Of a stretch of DNA of 64,000 bases, positions 61,700 through 64,000 are shown piece after piece. The position numbers were made by a program, and so were the translations under genes. The first letter of the stretch is position 1, and each line of letters begins with the position of its first letter. Source of the stretch: Eledone cirrhosa (lineage: Eukaryota); assembly GCA_964016885.1 (NCBI GenBank), contig OZ024740.1:232500001-232564000 (forward strand), read 5' to 3'. The notes under the pieces were generated by a model. It was given only the letters and a program-made list of their open reading frames with translations. It was not told the origin of the DNA and did not search any database.

Positions 61700-61930
61700 T
61701 GAAATAAAATAACAAGGACGATTGGTTACTCCTTCATTACGTTTATTGGTTGGTGACGCGCGTTTCGCCACTGATCAGCTCAAGGGGCTTGCTCAAGGTG
61801 CCAGCTCAAGTCGCGGATTACATAGTCGGGTTAGATCGATACAGACCAAACCTTGAGCTGATCAGTGACGAAACGCGCGTCACCAACCAATAAACTTAAT
61901 GAAGGTGTAACCAATTATACTTGTTTATTT

Positions 61931-61932
<2 letters not shown>
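61700..61932. repeat. Fold-back with HHR-like GAAAC-GCGC-GTC followed by AATAAA
   Basis: Arms 61700-61786 / 61851-61932; minus arm TTGAGCAA-GCC..GGC-GAAACGCGCGTC; stem I poor. Confidence 0.7.
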
Positions 61933-61974
<42 letters not shown>

Positions 61975-62319
61975 GTCCACTTACTGTCAAAACGAACAGA
62001 CCTAATTTTTCAAGAAGAAATTCATTTCGTTTATACAGCCTAACGTCTGAAACGTTAAACATTTTCCTACTATATAAAGCGTGAAACTAATATGTATTTC
62101 TATTGTATTTTATCGTCTGTTAATGCTTCCGTTTACTTTTTGCATATATATATATATATAATTGTGTGTATGTATATATATATATATATTGATACAAACA
62201 TACATGCATACATACATACATCTATATATGTGTGTGTGTGTATGTGTGTGTATGTATGTGAATTTACCTTCCACATAGCTGTATGTATAGTATTTCTGTT
62301 TACCTTTTACGCACACACA

Positions 62320-62446
<127 letters not shown>

Positions 62447-62457
62447 GCTATATATGC

Positions 62458-62779
62458 ATGTGAATTTCGTATATCTAAAGGTATACGGTATGTTTAATAA
62501 ATAAACATTTTGAAACACCACCTATGAATAAAGGCTGATGGCTAGCGCCGACTAGCTGATTCCAGCAGAAGCAGCGAGGGATAACTGTCTATACGTATTT
62601 CGAGCTAATGGAGGGTGCTTCTCTGCTGCTTTCTACTGGGACTTGAAACAAGCGTCCCTCGTTGCTTCTGCTGGAATCCGCTAGTCGGCGCTGGCCCTGT
62701 AACTTTATTTATAGCCGGTGTTTCAAAATGTTTATTTATTAAACATACCGTATACCTTTAGATATAAGAAATTCACATA
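62458..62779. repeat. Fold-back element (~125-bp arms) in (TA)n
   Basis: 62458-62581 inverted at 62655-62779; short tail to ~62808. Confidence 0.85.
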
Positions 62780-62806
62780 CATGTATAAACCTATATATGT
62801 ACATCT

Positions 62807-62882
<76 letters not shown>

Positions 62883-62885
62883 ATA

Positions 62886-62916
62886 AATGAAGTAATTCCG
62901 TCGGAAAGGTCCAGGA

Positions 62917-62958
<42 letters not shown>

Positions 62959-63853
62959 TCTTGGATTTTCTTACCTTAAGTTGCTCGCACATTCCTGATT
63001 TGTTGTTTTTTCGTTGTTTTCTACTTCTTTCCCGTTTTCCCCATATCCCTTCTATTTTCTTCCCCTCCCTCCTCCATTTTCCCAATAACTTAGCTAGTTA
63101 TCTTTAAAGTGCTGAAATATCCGAGACCCCCCCCCCCGTAGACAACTGATTAGGGCCTCCCCCCCACCCCACCCCCGTTCTTGCTTTCTTCTAATTCCAA
63201 TTCCATTTTTAAGCCTACCTTAACTACCAACTACACAGCCTATCCTATTCTCCATATATTTTATGTTTCGTTGTGACCAGTCTTCTCTCTCCTTCTACTT
63301 ACCCATTTCGTTACTATCTACTCTTCCCCCTCTTTCTTCCTTTCCCTTTATCCCTCTCACTTTCACTCACCCTCTCACTGCCAGCCACCTAATTTTTTCC
63401 CTCGCCTGACCCTCTAGCAGTCCTTTTCTCACTTACACTCGCTGGGGTCAGACATGTCTTTTCGTTCGCCCACACGCTCACGAACTTAAGTTCTGTTACC
63501 GCTGTGGTCTTGGATTTCCTTACCTTAAGTTGCTCGCACATTCCTCGGTTTGTTGTTTTTTTCGCTGTTTTCTCTTTTCTTCCCTTTTTTCCCTTTTCCT
63601 TTCTATTATCCTTCCCTCCCTCCTCCGTTTTCCCAATAACTTACCCAGTTATTGAACGTTCTGGGAGTAGATATTTTGTCTTTAAAGCGTTGAAATATCC
63701 GAGACCCCCAGTAGACAACTGTTTAGGACCCCCCCTCTCCGTTCTTGCTTTCTTCTTATTCTTATTCCATTTTTAAGTCTATATATATATATATTTATTT
63801 TTATTTTTATTTTTTTTTATCCTCCTGGACCTTTCCGACGGAATTACTTCATT
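62886..63853. repeat. Pyrimidine-rich 549-bp-period element (x1.5) bracketed by a 31-bp perfect inverted repeat
   Basis: Direct repeat 62956 vs 63505; IR 62886-62916 / 63823-63853. Confidence 0.8.
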
Positions 63854-63861
63854 CACACACA

Positions 63862-63914
<53 letters not shown>

Positions 63915-64000
63915 AAATAATGAATAAAACAAAGAAACAGTTCCTTATATTAAACAAAAAAAGTTCATTATTTAACGATCGTTTCTAGGACATATATGTG

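Overview
Repeat-dense eukaryotic (animal) DNA with no host protein-coding gene I can support. The SINE and microsatellite landscape suggests an octopod cephalopod (inference). Almost all listed ORFs are translations of (AT)n, (CA)n, (CTT)n or (CAA)n microsatellites. Real content: a near-full-length but disabled Penelope-like retroelement (PLE; RT plus C-terminal GIY-YIG, minus strand, 19.1-23.25 kb) with truncated and fold-back relatives; about 12 copies of a tRNA-derived SINE; Helitrons, one keeping a spliced RepHel start; mariner, Sola-like, RTE, R4/Dong and Tx1 remnants. The main signal is several non-coding, (TA)n-embedded elements carrying minimal type I hammerhead ribozyme (HHR) motifs, arranged as tandem monomers and fold-backs. 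The best case is a 5.7-copy array of a 466-bp monomer with one HHR per unit (36.3-38.95 kb), with circularly permuted relatives at 59-60 kb. This looks like a retrozyme (circular RNA) system mobilised by PLEs. Ribozyme calls rest on manual motif and base-pair inspection, not on computation or assay.
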